The position numbers and the translations under genes are program-made. Positions 35,751 through 44,321 of a DNA stretch of 64,000 nt are shown in pieces. Origin of the DNA: a virus (Duplodnaviria; Caudoviricetes). Below the pieces are notes generated by a model that had not been told where the DNA came from, ran no database searches, and was given only the letters and a program-made list of their open reading frames with translations. How positions within the stretch are numbered: position 1 is the stretch's first letter; every line of letters starts with the position of its first letter. The DNA lies in the IMG/VR virus record IMGVR_UViG_3300033073_000980, positions 8,080-72,079 of that record; one strand, 5' to 3'.

Positions 35751-36095
35751 TTAGAAAGATACTGTTAAGATTGTTCTAATAGAAAGATCAGACATTTCGT
35801 AATCAGCTAAATCTTTGTCTCTAGCTACTTGGAAATCTACTGATTGTCCGTTCCTGGTTTCTACCCAAAGTTCTTTAATGAACTCGGTCTTAATGATTCT
35901 CTCGTCTTCGTCTCTTGTGACTTTAAAGACTGCTACTTTATTTTGCATAATCTGTTTTGATGTTGCTTGTGTAAAATTGATTGGTGTTGAAAATGATACT
36001 GTGTTGTTAGGACTAGTACTGATTGTTGGGATGTAGGTTGTTCCACTGCTTATACATAACCCTGCTGTGGTTCCTGTTGATGTAAATGTTTCCAT
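35751..36095 (-). CDS. hypothetical protein, Thr/Ser-rich N-terminus
   Basis: 114-aa ORF. Confidence 0.65.
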   Translation of the reverse strand: METFTSTGTTAGLCISSGTTYIPTISTSPNNTVSFSTPINFTQATSKQIMQNKVAVFKVTRDEDERIIKTEFIKELWVETRNGQSVDFQVARDKDLADYEMSDLSIRTILTVSF

Positions 36096-36096
36096 A

Positions 36097-36354
36097 TTAA
36101 TATTTATTTGCTAAGTTAATTATAAACTGTTCTTCTTCTAATGTAAGATAAATTCTCTTATGTTGCAACTTACTTAGAGCTTCTTTAAAAGAAATGTCCA
36201 TTAAATTATCCCTGTCTGGTTCGGTAACAATTGGTTCGTCAATGTGACCATCGTCAATTAAAGCTTCAATTAGTTCTTGAATTTCCTGTCTGTCACAAGC
36301 ATCTACAAACTCACTTGGATCGATGTCGATATCTTCTGAATAAAATGTAGGCAT
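36097..36354 (-). CDS. acidic hypothetical protein
   Basis: 85-aa ORF. Confidence 0.65.
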   Translation of the reverse strand: MPTFYSEDIDIDPSEFVDACDRQEIQELIEALIDDGHIDEPIVTEPDRDNLMDISFKEALSKLQHKRIYLTLEEEQFIINLANKY

Positions 36355-36358
36355 AATT

Positions 36359-37072
36359 TTATAAATTTCTTCTTAGATCCCACTCAGATATTTCACCTAT
36401 CAAAAATAAGTTCAAAGTTTCAGAAGCGGTGTTTACTTTTACTTGAAGTTCCTTAATGGCTTTATTCCACTCAGACACATACTTGTCTTGAAGTCTTTCC
36501 AAAGCTAACTTCTTTAATTCTTCCATAGGACGCAACTCATCAGCCCAACGAGCAATTAGATACTGATTAGTCTGAGTGTTTGTATCGTTGTAAGACCATC
36601 CCATAGTTTCAACATAATCCTTTGCTTGTTCTTTAGAAGTAAAGTCATACCCTGTGCTTTCTCTATTATAGTAACTGCCTTTTGCTTTTTCTTCTTCTGT
36701 CTTGTAGTAAGTGGCAGAGTAACGAGTGCAAGTACCTACAGCGATAGGATCTGGGGTCTTATCGTCATACCAGATTTTAATGTCACTGAAGTAGTTTTCG
36801 GATTTACAAAATGCTAACTCCCTCATCACCTCCAAAGGCATAGGTGTCTTTGAATACTCTTTAAAGTCAATTTTAGTAGGGCATAAAGTACCAAAGATGT
36901 TTTGCATACTCTGGTTCATGTAGGGGTAGGGGAGTGGCGACTTTGCAGCTTGTACAAATTCCATCTGCTTGTTCAATCCCATTTCGGCAGCTAATTGCTT
37001 CCATTCGTCCTGGTCTCCTATTTCAAGGATGACGTTGTCTAATTCTGCGTTTCTGAATGATTGTATTGTCAT
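36359..37072 (-). CDS. phage hypothetical protein
   Basis: 237 aa; LCP...PLEV...IWYD...DPIAVG pattern. Confidence 0.75.
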   Translation of the reverse strand: MTIQSFRNAELDNVILEIGDQDEWKQLAAEMGLNKQMEFVQAAKSPLPYPYMNQSMQNIFGTLCPTKIDFKEYSKTPMPLEVMRELAFCKSENYFSDIKIWYDDKTPDPIAVGTCTRYSATYYKTEEEKAKGSYYNRESTGYDFTSKEQAKDYVETMGWSYNDTNTQTNQYLIARWADELRPMEELKKLALERLQDKYVSEWNKAIKELQVKVNTASETLNLFLIGEISEWDLRRNL

Positions 37073-37083
37073 AACTATTTTGT

Positions 37084-37335
37084 TTAAAAAAGTAGGTCGT
37101 CTGGTTCGTTGTAAAGGATTTCTGTGTCTGAAGTAGCTCCGGTATCAAAGTATCCTTCTAACCAGAATACAGGATACATTTTGATTTCTCCTTTATATTG
37201 TTTGTTTGAAACATTTTTTGTCTGTGTTGGAATTCCTTCTATCATAGCTGCTTTAGCTACTTCTTTTCCTAACTGAGGACCGGCAGCTTTGCCGAGGAAG
37301 TCAAAAAGTGATTTGTATTCAATTTTATTGCTCAT
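37084..37335 (-). CDS. hypothetical protein
   Basis: SLFDFLGKAAGPQLGKEV motif. Confidence 0.7.
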   Translation of the reverse strand: MSNKIEYKSLFDFLGKAAGPQLGKEVAKAAMIEGIPTQTKNVSNKQYKGEIKMYPVFWLEGYFDTGATSDTEILYNEPDDLLF

Positions 37336-37525
37336 CGTCTGAGTCCTCCTTTCCTTGTTCTAAAGTCTCTAGATAGATAAAGAGCATACTAATACCCAAT
37401 GATGCATGACCAAGTGCTGTCCAGTAACTCTTTACATACATTGCTAATCCTACTCCAATAACGTTGCAGGACAAAGCGAAAAGGATCCATCCTTGCCATA
37501 ATTTTTTTCGTGTAACTTTTTTCAT
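37325..37525 (-). CDS. 2-TM membrane protein
   Basis: Two hydrophobic segments. Confidence 0.6.
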   Translation of the reverse strand: MKKVTRKKLWQGWILFALSCNVIGVGLAMYVKSYWTALGHASLGISMLFIYLETLEQGKEDSDDEQ

Positions 37526-37531
37526 AATAAC

Positions 37532-37732
37532 TTATTTAACGTATTTAACTTTTTTCTTTTTTTCCTTTAATGAGTCTAGATATTCTTTTGAGTATTTATG
37601 CTCTACCCGGTATGGGCCGGTAGTAGAAATGCTTTTATCATAGTACCAAGTCGATACTATGCCTGTTTCGTTAATATGCTCTCGGACATATTTATCTAAA
37701 GGAGCTGCAGGTGTTTTAGGTACGTAAGCCAT
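37532..37732 (-). CDS. hypothetical protein
   Basis: 66-aa ORF behind promoter 37748-37779. Confidence 0.65.
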   Translation of the reverse strand: MAYVPKTPAAPLDKYVREHINETGIVSTWYYDKSISTTGPYRVEHKYSKEYLDSLKEKKKKVKYVK

Positions 37733-37747
37733 AACTCTTATTTTACT

Positions 37748-37779
37748 TAAATATACGAACTAGTTAGAATAAAAGCAAC
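37748..37779 (-). promoter_or_regulatory. class 1 promoter
   Basis: GTTGC-N17-CGTATATTTA. Confidence 0.7.
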
Positions 37780-37801
37780 TATCTCTAAACTATTTTCAAT
37801 T

Positions 37802-37945
37802 TTAAAAATTAAAACTGTCAGTTAAATTCAAGCAAGTGTCTGGTGTATTCTGCTGATAATCTTGTATATCAATTGTTTTACTTGATACCCATACTATAAT
37901 GCTGAATAGTAATATTAGAGCAACACTGTAAGGGTTTAGTTTCAT
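37802..37945 (-). CDS. small membrane protein (47 aa)
   Basis: Manual ORF MKLNPYSVALILLFSIIVWVSSK...; TAATG overlap. Confidence 0.5.
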   Translation of the reverse strand: MKLNPYSVALILLFSIIVWVSSKTIDIQDYQQNTPDTCLNLTDSFNF

Positions 37946-38340
37946 TAAGGGAAGAAGTAGAAGCTTGTTCTATTAGTTTTATCAAACACAACAATACCTA
38001 ACCCACCTTCAATCTGTTTAACAACGATCTCCATATTCCTCTGGGCTTTGGTATTATAAACCTTAACATAAGCTGCATCACCTGCTCTTTTATACTCTAA
38101 GATATCATAATTAACAGTCCCGTTAGAAATCATTCCTGTATTATAATCAGTAATGTTGAATGTCCAATCTGTTACAAAGGTAGTAAGATCGTTGTTTGAA
38201 ACAAAGTCCCATTCCTCTGTTTGGTAGTTGTAAATCATTTTGGAAGTACTTACTGTGTTAGTTCGTACTGTGGTTGTGGTGTATTGGGCTGAGGCTGTGC
38301 CTGAGATTAAAACCAATAATATTAATAATAACCGTTTCAT
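37945..38340 (-). CDS. secreted beta-rich protein
   Basis: Signal peptide MKRLLLILLVLISGTASA|Q. Confidence 0.75.
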   Translation of the reverse strand: MKRLLLILLVLISGTASAQYTTTTVRTNTVSTSKMIYNYQTEEWDFVSNNDLTTFVTDWTFNITDYNTGMISNGTVNYDILEYKRAGDAAYVKVYNTKAQRNMEIVVKQIEGGLGIVVFDKTNRTSFYFFP

Positions 38341-38413
38341 ATATTGTTAAAATAGCATGTATATTGTTTGTTCTTCTTTTTCGTCTACTTTACATAGCAA
38401 TCTCCACCAAGCA

Positions 38414-39187
38414 TTACTTGATAGTGATTTTGGAATTTTGGATGACCCGTAGTTCTTTTTCTTGGTGCTTTTTCTTTGGCGAGAGATTTTCATAGATTTT
38501 TAAGTTAAGTTTATCTATAATACATAGTGCCATCTTTCTGTGTCCTGAAGCTGTCATATGGCAAAGAAAATCTCCACAGTCGGTTCTTGAAATACAGTGT
38601 GTCTTAACGACTACTGCTCCTTTAATAGAATCAACAAGTAGCTGTTGGAACCTAGCATAGCGTTGAGGATAACCTTTATATGCACTCCTTCCTGTAATAT
38701 CAATACAAGTCACCGGATCAAACCCAGTAATAACAATTGGAGTAACATGAACCTTCTTGCATAGATTAACAATTGCTTGAATGTTCTTAACTGAATTCAT
38801 AGCAGGTCGGTTACCGGCCATGTCGTTAGCACCACCGTAAATGAAGCAGTAATCAAAGTAAGGAGTTACTTTATGCCTTGCTTCTTCCAACATCCATGCT
38901 GTTTGCTTTCCACCAACTGCTGTATTCAAATAAGTCATACCGGTCTTTTTACAAACCTGATGCTGCCATCCAAAGTCTGCCGCCGTATGAGAGTCTCCAA
39001 TAAATAAAGCTTTCTTTCCTTTAACTGAAATGACTGTGTCTTGTTTGATAGTATCTTGTTTGGTAGTATCTACTTTAGGTAGTTCACCCCATGCTAAAGG
39101 ATCTCTAACAGCAGGTTTAGATTCTACTACTACATAACCTACTATGAAGCTTAGGGCCATTAAAAATACTCCGTCTTTAATTCTCAT
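38414..39187 (-). CDS. membrane-anchored SGNH/GDSL hydrolase
   Basis: IGDSHT, GGKQT, YGGAND, DFLCH; N-terminal hydrophobic segment. Confidence 0.88.
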   Translation of the reverse strand: MRIKDGVFLMALSFIVGYVVVESKPAVRDPLAWGELPKVDTTKQDTIKQDTVISVKGKKALFIGDSHTAADFGWQHQVCKKTGMTYLNTAVGGKQTAWMLEEARHKVTPYFDYCFIYGGANDMAGNRPAMNSVKNIQAIVNLCKKVHVTPIVITGFDPVTCIDITGRSAYKGYPQRYARFQQLLVDSIKGAVVVKTHCISRTDCGDFLCHMTASGHRKMALCIIDKLNLKIYENLSPKKKHQEKELRVIQNSKITIK

Positions 39188-39600
39188 CCTATTATCATTT
39201 TATAACCTGTTTCAATTCGCTCAAAGCCGACAACCTTACCTTCCATCTTTGGGATAAACATAAGAGCTGGCATTCCAGTAGTTACGTAAGGTCCGCCTGA
39301 AGGGTCAATCATACCGATCTTACTAGTATCTGAATAGACTAACGGTGCATATTTTTTAGACAAAGGAGAATATTCAAACGTTTCTTTATTAAATTCATGA
39401 ACTGCTTCTTGAAACTCACCCATAGTCATTCGTTCGTCAGTATCAACATCGGCACAATAAGCTTCGTAAGCCTTATCGTAAACGTTAGGCCAACTAAATC
39501 GACACCATTCGAATTTACCTTCCCAAAGGATATTCCCATCCTCAGTTTCTGTAAAGGTGAATTTATCACCGTACCGGTTAGTATGTACTTTACTTCGCAT
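39184..39600 (-). CDS. hypothetical protein
   Basis: NRYGD...IDPSGGP phage-type motif. Confidence 0.7.
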   Translation of the reverse strand: MRSKVHTNRYGDKFTFTETEDGNILWEGKFEWCRFSWPNVYDKAYEAYCADVDTDERMTMGEFQEAVHEFNKETFEYSPLSKKYAPLVYSDTSKIGMIDPSGGPYVTTGMPALMFIPKMEGKVVGFERIETGYKMIIG

Positions 39601-39892
39601 TATACTCCTCCCAGTTACTGTAAGTTAATCCCCACTGAACGTTAAACCACATCATTTCTCTTTCTGCCTGAAATGCACGCATTCTTAAATTCTTCATAAG
39701 GTATTTCTTACCCCACTTAGTAAATTCTTCTGCTTGCTCAACAGTCATTGAATATTCTTGGTACCAGTTCTCTTTACCTAGAATATCATCGTAGGTAACA
39801 TCATGACCGGCAATAATAAACATTTGATTGATCAGATCAACAACTGCTTTTTCTCGCTTTTCTTCTCTACTTAATCGTTTTTTAGTCTCCAT
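39590..39892 (-). CDS. hypothetical protein
   Basis: 100-aa ORF. Confidence 0.7.
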   Translation of the reverse strand: METKKRLSREEKREKAVVDLINQMFIIAGHDVTYDDILGKENWYQEYSMTVEQAEEFTKWGKKYLMKNLRMRAFQAEREMMWFNVQWGLTYSNWEEYNAK

Positions 39893-39910
39893 AACTTTTA
39901 TTTGATAACA

Positions 39911-39942
39911 TTAATATACGAATAATTTTTCTAAATTCCAGC
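39911..39942 (-). promoter_or_regulatory. class 1 promoter (weak -33)
   Basis: GCTGG-N17-CGTATATTAA. Confidence 0.5.
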
Positions 39943-40473
39943 TTAATTCCACCAATGTTCAATCTTTCTTTCAAGAATTTTAAACAATAATTTACGAGCT
40001 TTTAGATGCCGTTCAATACCTACTGCTAAAGATAATCCTCTATCTGTTTTTCTATAATTCTTATATACTGGATTAGCTTTTACAAGTTTAATGGTATTTG
40101 GGTACTTAGCTAAATAATCTTTAATATCACCAATTGGTTTATTATTAAAATCATCTAGGTAGTTAAAATATTCTGATTGATAATAGTCGTCTTGGATTCT
40201 TTCAATTAATTTAACACAAATTCTCATATCCCTAACATCCTCCTCTACACCAACATATCTAGGATTAGTCACAAAGTAATCAGCTGTATTCTTAATTTTG
40301 AATTTTAAAGCCTCAAAAATAAAGTGGTCATCCCAATCTCTATCCTTCCAAATAATAGGAAACCATTTCCAAAGATTTTTAATACCTTGAGATATATCTC
40401 TAGGAAGATGTTTGAATTCCCATCTAAACCATCTGTAGAGTTTCCAGTACCATTTGTTATATTCTTCGCTCAT
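39943..40473 (-). CDS. phage hypothetical protein
   Basis: WKWFPIIWKDRDWD...IEHWWN. Confidence 0.7.
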   Translation of the reverse strand: MSEEYNKWYWKLYRWFRWEFKHLPRDISQGIKNLWKWFPIIWKDRDWDDHFIFEALKFKIKNTADYFVTNPRYVGVEEDVRDMRICVKLIERIQDDYYQSEYFNYLDDFNNKPIGDIKDYLAKYPNTIKLVKANPVYKNYRKTDRGLSLAVGIERHLKARKLLFKILERKIEHWWN

Positions 40474-40817
40474 AACTTAAATAATTCGTAATTACTATTT
40501 TGTGTTTTGAATTTAATATAGTCTTCTCGCTCTTCCACAATTTCTGTAATAGAAGTTGTTAGCCAAGTAAAGTTTATTCTTGGGTCTAAGATACAAGATA
40601 AACCGACAGCAGGCTTATCATGCTTTGCTTTAAACCTACCATCTTCACCCCATTCAATCCAACCCATCTCTCTTCCATACTTTGTTAAACCGTCTCGTTC
40701 ACGAACTAGCTTCCAATTCTTAATTCGGTTTTCCATTGCTTCTAGTTCTAGAGCAAGTCTTAAAATATCATCCTCAGTTAATTCTACTGGGATTTTGTCT
40801 TGTTTAATTTTACTCAT
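40470..40817 (-). CDS. hypothetical protein
   Basis: WLTT...FKTQNSNYEL. Confidence 0.7.
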   Translation of the reverse strand: MSKIKQDKIPVELTEDDILRLALELEAMENRIKNWKLVRERDGLTKYGREMGWIEWGEDGRFKAKHDKPAVGLSCILDPRINFTWLTTSITEIVEEREDYIKFKTQNSNYELFKL

Positions 40818-41068
40818 CGTCTTTTAATCATAAACTTAAAACATCCTTTCCAGATTAGCAACCGGCAGATCCATTTAGGTAACCAACCTGCCATAAACGG
40901 TTCGGTTTTAGCTAGTACATAATAAGCTACTTCCGGTCCACCTTCTACTTTACTGAACTCGATAGTTGCACTCTCCCATCTGGATCTAAAGTAGAAGTAG
41001 TGACCTAAAAAGTATCCTTCAGCCTGTACCGGGCAGTTGCCTGAAGGTTTGTAAATCCATTTAATCAT
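40814..41068 (-). CDS. hypothetical protein
   Basis: CPVQAEG...YFRSRW. Confidence 0.65.
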   Translation of the reverse strand: MIKWIYKPSGNCPVQAEGYFLGHYFYFRSRWESATIEFSKVEGGPEVAYYVLAKTEPFMAGWLPKWICRLLIWKGCFKFMIKRR

Positions 41069-41079
41069 TTTGCTTTTTA

Positions 41080-41757
41080 TTATAAGTTTAATTCTTGAGC
41101 TTGTTCAGTTAGAAAGTCTAATGCTTCTTCCTGTTTCTTTTTTGCCATTATTTCTTCTAGCTGCTTTTCTAAGCGTTCAATACTACCCCAAATGATTTGT
41201 GCCTCTGGATCTGCTTGTTTGATGAAGTAAACTAATTCTTTTTGTTTACCTCTGGAATAGTATCCATGTTCTATGTCTTCTGCTAGATCTTGTAGGTGTT
41301 CAGGAGCATAAATAGAAATACGTAGGTCATAATCTTGCCATTTAGTCTTATAATCTACAAACCTAATCCCCCTAGTTAACTTATTAAACAAGTTATGCAA
41401 AGTCCAGTTTCTTACTCTCACTATAGACGAATCATTCCCAAATACATCTAGGAAGCGTAGAAACCATCTTGGGCAAAACTTAGGCTTAGCTTCATGGTCC
41501 ATAGCTAAAACCAGAGGGTAGATAGCCTGGAAGTAATTACTAGATTCGTTATAAGGTATAGATCCTAAATAACCATACTTCTCATGGAAATCTTTAGGAA
41601 AGAATATAGGTCTAATTTCTCTCCATCCTATATCTATAGTATGAACCATTCCTTTCTTTCTTCCTTTCCAGAACAGGATTGTGTATTTAAGATTTTCTAA
41701 ACGCTGTTTAAACGTTGGCGGTTTATAAAATTTGCTATTTTTATTTACTTTGCTCAT
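41080..41757 (-). CDS. hypothetical protein
   Basis: 225-aa ORF. Confidence 0.7.
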   Translation of the reverse strand: MSKVNKNSKFYKPPTFKQRLENLKYTILFWKGRKKGMVHTIDIGWREIRPIFFPKDFHEKYGYLGSIPYNESSNYFQAIYPLVLAMDHEAKPKFCPRWFLRFLDVFGNDSSIVRVRNWTLHNLFNKLTRGIRFVDYKTKWQDYDLRISIYAPEHLQDLAEDIEHGYYSRGKQKELVYFIKQADPEAQIIWGSIERLEKQLEEIMAKKKQEEALDFLTEQAQELNL

Positions 41758-41762
41758 AACTT

Positions 41763-42119
41763 TTATTTTCCATAAAATGTTTCGTAGAACCAGTTTGACC
41801 AGCTGCGTTTCATTTTAGTGATCTTAATATCAACCCGGCGCTTGGCACAGGTAATCATATAAGTCTTCGGCTTTTCTTCTTGACTCTTAACATACTGCTT
41901 CAAGGCTTTGCCGAAATCCTTCTTGTAGATATTAAACAAGAAGAAGAATAACTTGCGTTGGTTGTAATCGTCAAAGCGCCACTTTCCATTTCTCATTTCA
42001 GCAATTTTAACCTCTGAAGAAGATTCATGCTTGCTGTAGATAGCAAAATGAGTTAAATAAGTCTTGAAGAATAGCGAATCGGTATCGCTCAAATGATAGG
42101 TAAATTCTGATGTGATCAT
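41763..42119 (-). CDS. hypothetical protein
   Basis: 118-aa ORF behind promoter 42150-42181. Confidence 0.65.
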   Translation of the reverse strand: MITSEFTYHLSDTDSLFFKTYLTHFAIYSKHESSSEVKIAEMRNGKWRFDDYNQRKLFFFLFNIYKKDFGKALKQYVKSQEEKPKTYMITCAKRRVDIKITKMKRSWSNWFYETFYGK

Positions 42120-42124
42120 AACTT

Positions 42125-42262
42125 TTATTTGCGTCTTTTTAGTTTGTACTTAATATACGAGAGTCCTGGCAAGGAGGCAACCCCTCCTATTAGAAAAGTG
42201 AAAATATTTGGATGCCAGTGTTCACCACATAGTCCAAACATATGCTTTATTGCCTCTATCAT
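42125..42262 (-). CDS. microprotein with CGEHWH motif (45 aa)
   Basis: Manual ORF MIEAIKHMFGLCGEHWHPNIFTFLIGGVASLPGLSYIKYKLKRRK with its own promoter. Confidence 0.6.
   Translation of the reverse strand: MIEAIKHMFGLCGEHWHPNIFTFLIGGVASLPGLSYIKYKLKRRK
42150..42181 (-). promoter_or_regulatory. class 1 promoter
   Basis: GTTGC-N17-CGTATATTAA. Confidence 0.7.
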
Positions 42263-42266
42263 ACCG

Positions 42267-42298
42267 TAAAGATATGAAGAATGTTTTAATAAAACAAC
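42267..42298 (-). promoter_or_regulatory. class 1 promoter
   Basis: GTTGT-N17-CATATCTTTA, 4 nt before the ATG at 42262. Confidence 0.55.
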
Positions 42299-42300
42299 TA

Positions 42301-42441
42301 CTAATTTTCTTCTTCTAGATCCTCTACCATTACATTTAATGCTAGATCTAGTGCATGGAGGTCATCCCACAAATCTTCTTCTCCTAAGTCGGCATCAAGC
42401 CACTCTCTGTCTTCGTCTGTTAATTCTTCCGGTGTAACCAT
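42301..42441 (-). CDS. highly acidic microprotein (46 aa)
   Basis: Manual ORF MVTPEELTDEDREWLDADLGEEDLWDDLHALDLALNVMVEDLEEEN; TAATG overlap with the holin. Confidence 0.55.
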   Translation of the reverse strand: MVTPEELTDEDREWLDADLGEEDLWDDLHALDLALNVMVEDLEEEN

Positions 42442-42842
42442 TATTCTGATTTATGTCTGTCAATTTTATTTAGGATTGCTGCTAAGGCATCGTTCTTAAT
42501 AAAGCCGGCTTGTTCTGCATTCTTTAATGCACTTATAACCTGGAATACTATTAATGGAATTAAAATCGTTTCTGATAACCATGATGTTCCTTTGAAACCT
42601 GCTTCAACCATTATTAGTGCCGTCAAAGTAATAATCCAGGCAACTAATGTTTTTAATATTCTTATTGCTTTGTAGGTCTTAAATCCTTCTCTTTTAGTTC
42701 CAGCAATAACGCCAAAGAAACCATCCATAAAGATTACTGCAACAACGGCCAGATATTGGTCCGAGTTTTCCATTGCTAAGTTAAAAAAGTAGCTGCATAC
42801 AAACGCAAATGCAGCCGTTGTTGTCAGTAGAGTCTCTTTCAT
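42441..42842 (-). CDS. phage holin (3 TM)
   Basis: FMDGFFGVIAG...GFKTYKAIR...FQVISALKNA, typical holin pattern; near the endolysin. Confidence 0.75.
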   Translation of the reverse strand: MKETLLTTTAAFAFVCSYFFNLAMENSDQYLAVVAVIFMDGFFGVIAGTKREGFKTYKAIRILKTLVAWIITLTALIMVEAGFKGTSWLSETILIPLIVFQVISALKNAEQAGFIKNDALAAILNKIDRHKSE

Positions 42843-42843
42843 G

Positions 42844-43224
42844 TTATCCTATTTCTTCGTCTAAGTGATCTGGTATTCCGTCTCCGTCAACGTCGCAAAT
42901 TTCAACGTATCCGAATGCTTTCATGAATTTAGCAACCCTTTCCTTCAGGTCGTTATCACTATCCTCAAACCAATCTTCTTTTAGATTGTCGTGATCTAGA
43001 ATATTAATTAGAGCATCGTAAAGCTTATCAACATCTTCTACTAAATAAATATCAGATGCTGCAAAGTCTAAACTAAAAGCATAGTCGTCAATTTGAGGAA
43101 TTTTTAATAAATCATCAATCTTGCCGATCTTCTTTTCTTTTAAAGGCATTTCCTTTCCAAACTTGTGGAAGTACTCACCTACATAGATGTACCCTTGTCC
43201 TTCTTTTAATTGAAACTCACTCAT
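42844..43224 (-). CDS. degenerate GIY-YIG/T5orf172-like protein with DxDxDG motif
   Basis: GYIYV...KKIGK...EDWF; C-terminal DVDGDGIPDHLD. Confidence 0.45.
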   Translation of the reverse strand: MSEFQLKEGQGYIYVGEYFHKFGKEMPLKEKKIGKIDDLLKIPQIDDYAFSLDFAASDIYLVEDVDKLYDALINILDHDNLKEDWFEDSDNDLKERVAKFMKAFGYVEICDVDGDGIPDHLDEEIG

Positions 43225-44057
43225 TACTTTAATAAATTATAATATTCTCTGAAATGTTTAATTCTGTCTGCCAGGCCAATAGTACCTCCGTTAACTCTTT
43301 TAGTAACAGCCGTAACTGTTGCATCATCAGCTCCTCTGTCGCAGATACCCCAAAGTCTGTTTGTATCAAAGAACCAAGCAGCAGATGCTAAAGGATACTT
43401 TGTAGCTACTAAATCAGGATTGGCTGTTGTATCTTCAGGTACAAACTTATCAAAAGCCACGTAGTTTGCTTTTCCAGTTAATTGGATATAACCACGACCT
43501 CTATATTTGTAACCTTCTCCTGTTGCTTCAGGACCGTTACCCATTCTACCTCCGTAAACTCTTGAGGCAATCTTCTCTGGCTTACGAGCATAAGCTTCAG
43601 CTAAAGCCAAAGTTGGAAAGTATCTTCCAAAAATACCCATCAAACCTTTTGAAGAATAGTTTAGATTCTCCTGAACAGCTTTGAAACCTCCTGATTCATG
43701 ACCACATTGTGCCAAGAAATGGGCAAGTCTCAAAGGAGATGTTATATTAAATTTAGCAGCAGTCTCAGGAATCTGAGCAAGTACTGCATCGGGAACGTGT
43801 CCCTTTAGATTGTTTAACTTTAATGGACCTGATGAGATTGGAGCTGCAGCTGGTGCAGGGGCAGTACCTGGAGTTATCCCGAACATTTTATTCCATGTTC
43901 CGTCTCCTACTATACCGTCAGGAGTTAAGCCATTGGCTGCTTGCCAAGCCTTAACTGCCTCTTCAGTCTTAGGTCCAAAGTTTCCTATAGGCTCCACGCC
44001 TAATTTTACCTGGAGCTTTTTAACGTTTTCGTTATTATCACCTCTTTTTAGTAACAT
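43224..44057 (-). CDS. endolysin: peptidoglycan-binding domain + GH19-family catalytic domain
   Basis: FGPKTEEAVKAWQ...PDGIVG; LAHFLAQCGHESGGF, YRGRGYIQLTGKANY, VTKRVNGG. Confidence 0.93.
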   Translation of the reverse strand: MLLKRGDNNENVKKLQVKLGVEPIGNFGPKTEEAVKAWQAANGLTPDGIVGDGTWNKMFGITPGTAPAPAAAPISSGPLKLNNLKGHVPDAVLAQIPETAAKFNITSPLRLAHFLAQCGHESGGFKAVQENLNYSSKGLMGIFGRYFPTLALAEAYARKPEKIASRVYGGRMGNGPEATGEGYKYRGRGYIQLTGKANYVAFDKFVPEDTTANPDLVATKYPLASAAWFFDTNRLWGICDRGADDATVTAVTKRVNGGTIGLADRIKHFREYYNLLK

Positions 44058-44059
44058 AA

Positions 44060-44320
44060 TTAACCTTCTTCTTCTGGGCTTTTGTTATCTTGTTTCTTGT
44101 TAATCCATTTATCTACTGATGCAATACCAAATGATCCTAGAACCATTACCATGAAACCATCAAAAATAATCTTGTTAAGAACAAACTCCTTACCAGAATA
44201 ACCAGTGATGATGTCTACAATAAATGCAATACATAGCATAAAGAATGCAACAAATCCTACAACACTTTTTTCATTAATGCTGTTGTTGTCGTCGAATAAT
44301 TGTGAGAAAAATTTTTTCAT
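44060..44320 (-). CDS. 2-TM membrane protein (holin/antiholin-like)
   Basis: Two TMs, charged termini, directly upstream of the endolysin. Confidence 0.6.
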   Translation of the reverse strand: MKKFFSQLFDDNNSINEKSVVGFVAFFMLCIAFIVDIITGYSGKEFVLNKIIFDGFMVMVLGSFGIASVDKWINKKQDNKSPEEEG

Positions 44321-44321
44321 A

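Noticed and set aside
38341-38493. Possible extra small gene or frameshift at the 3' end of the SGNH gene
   Set aside because: Two alternative frames are open (48 aa with ATG; 34 aa without a start) but neither has independent support, so none was called
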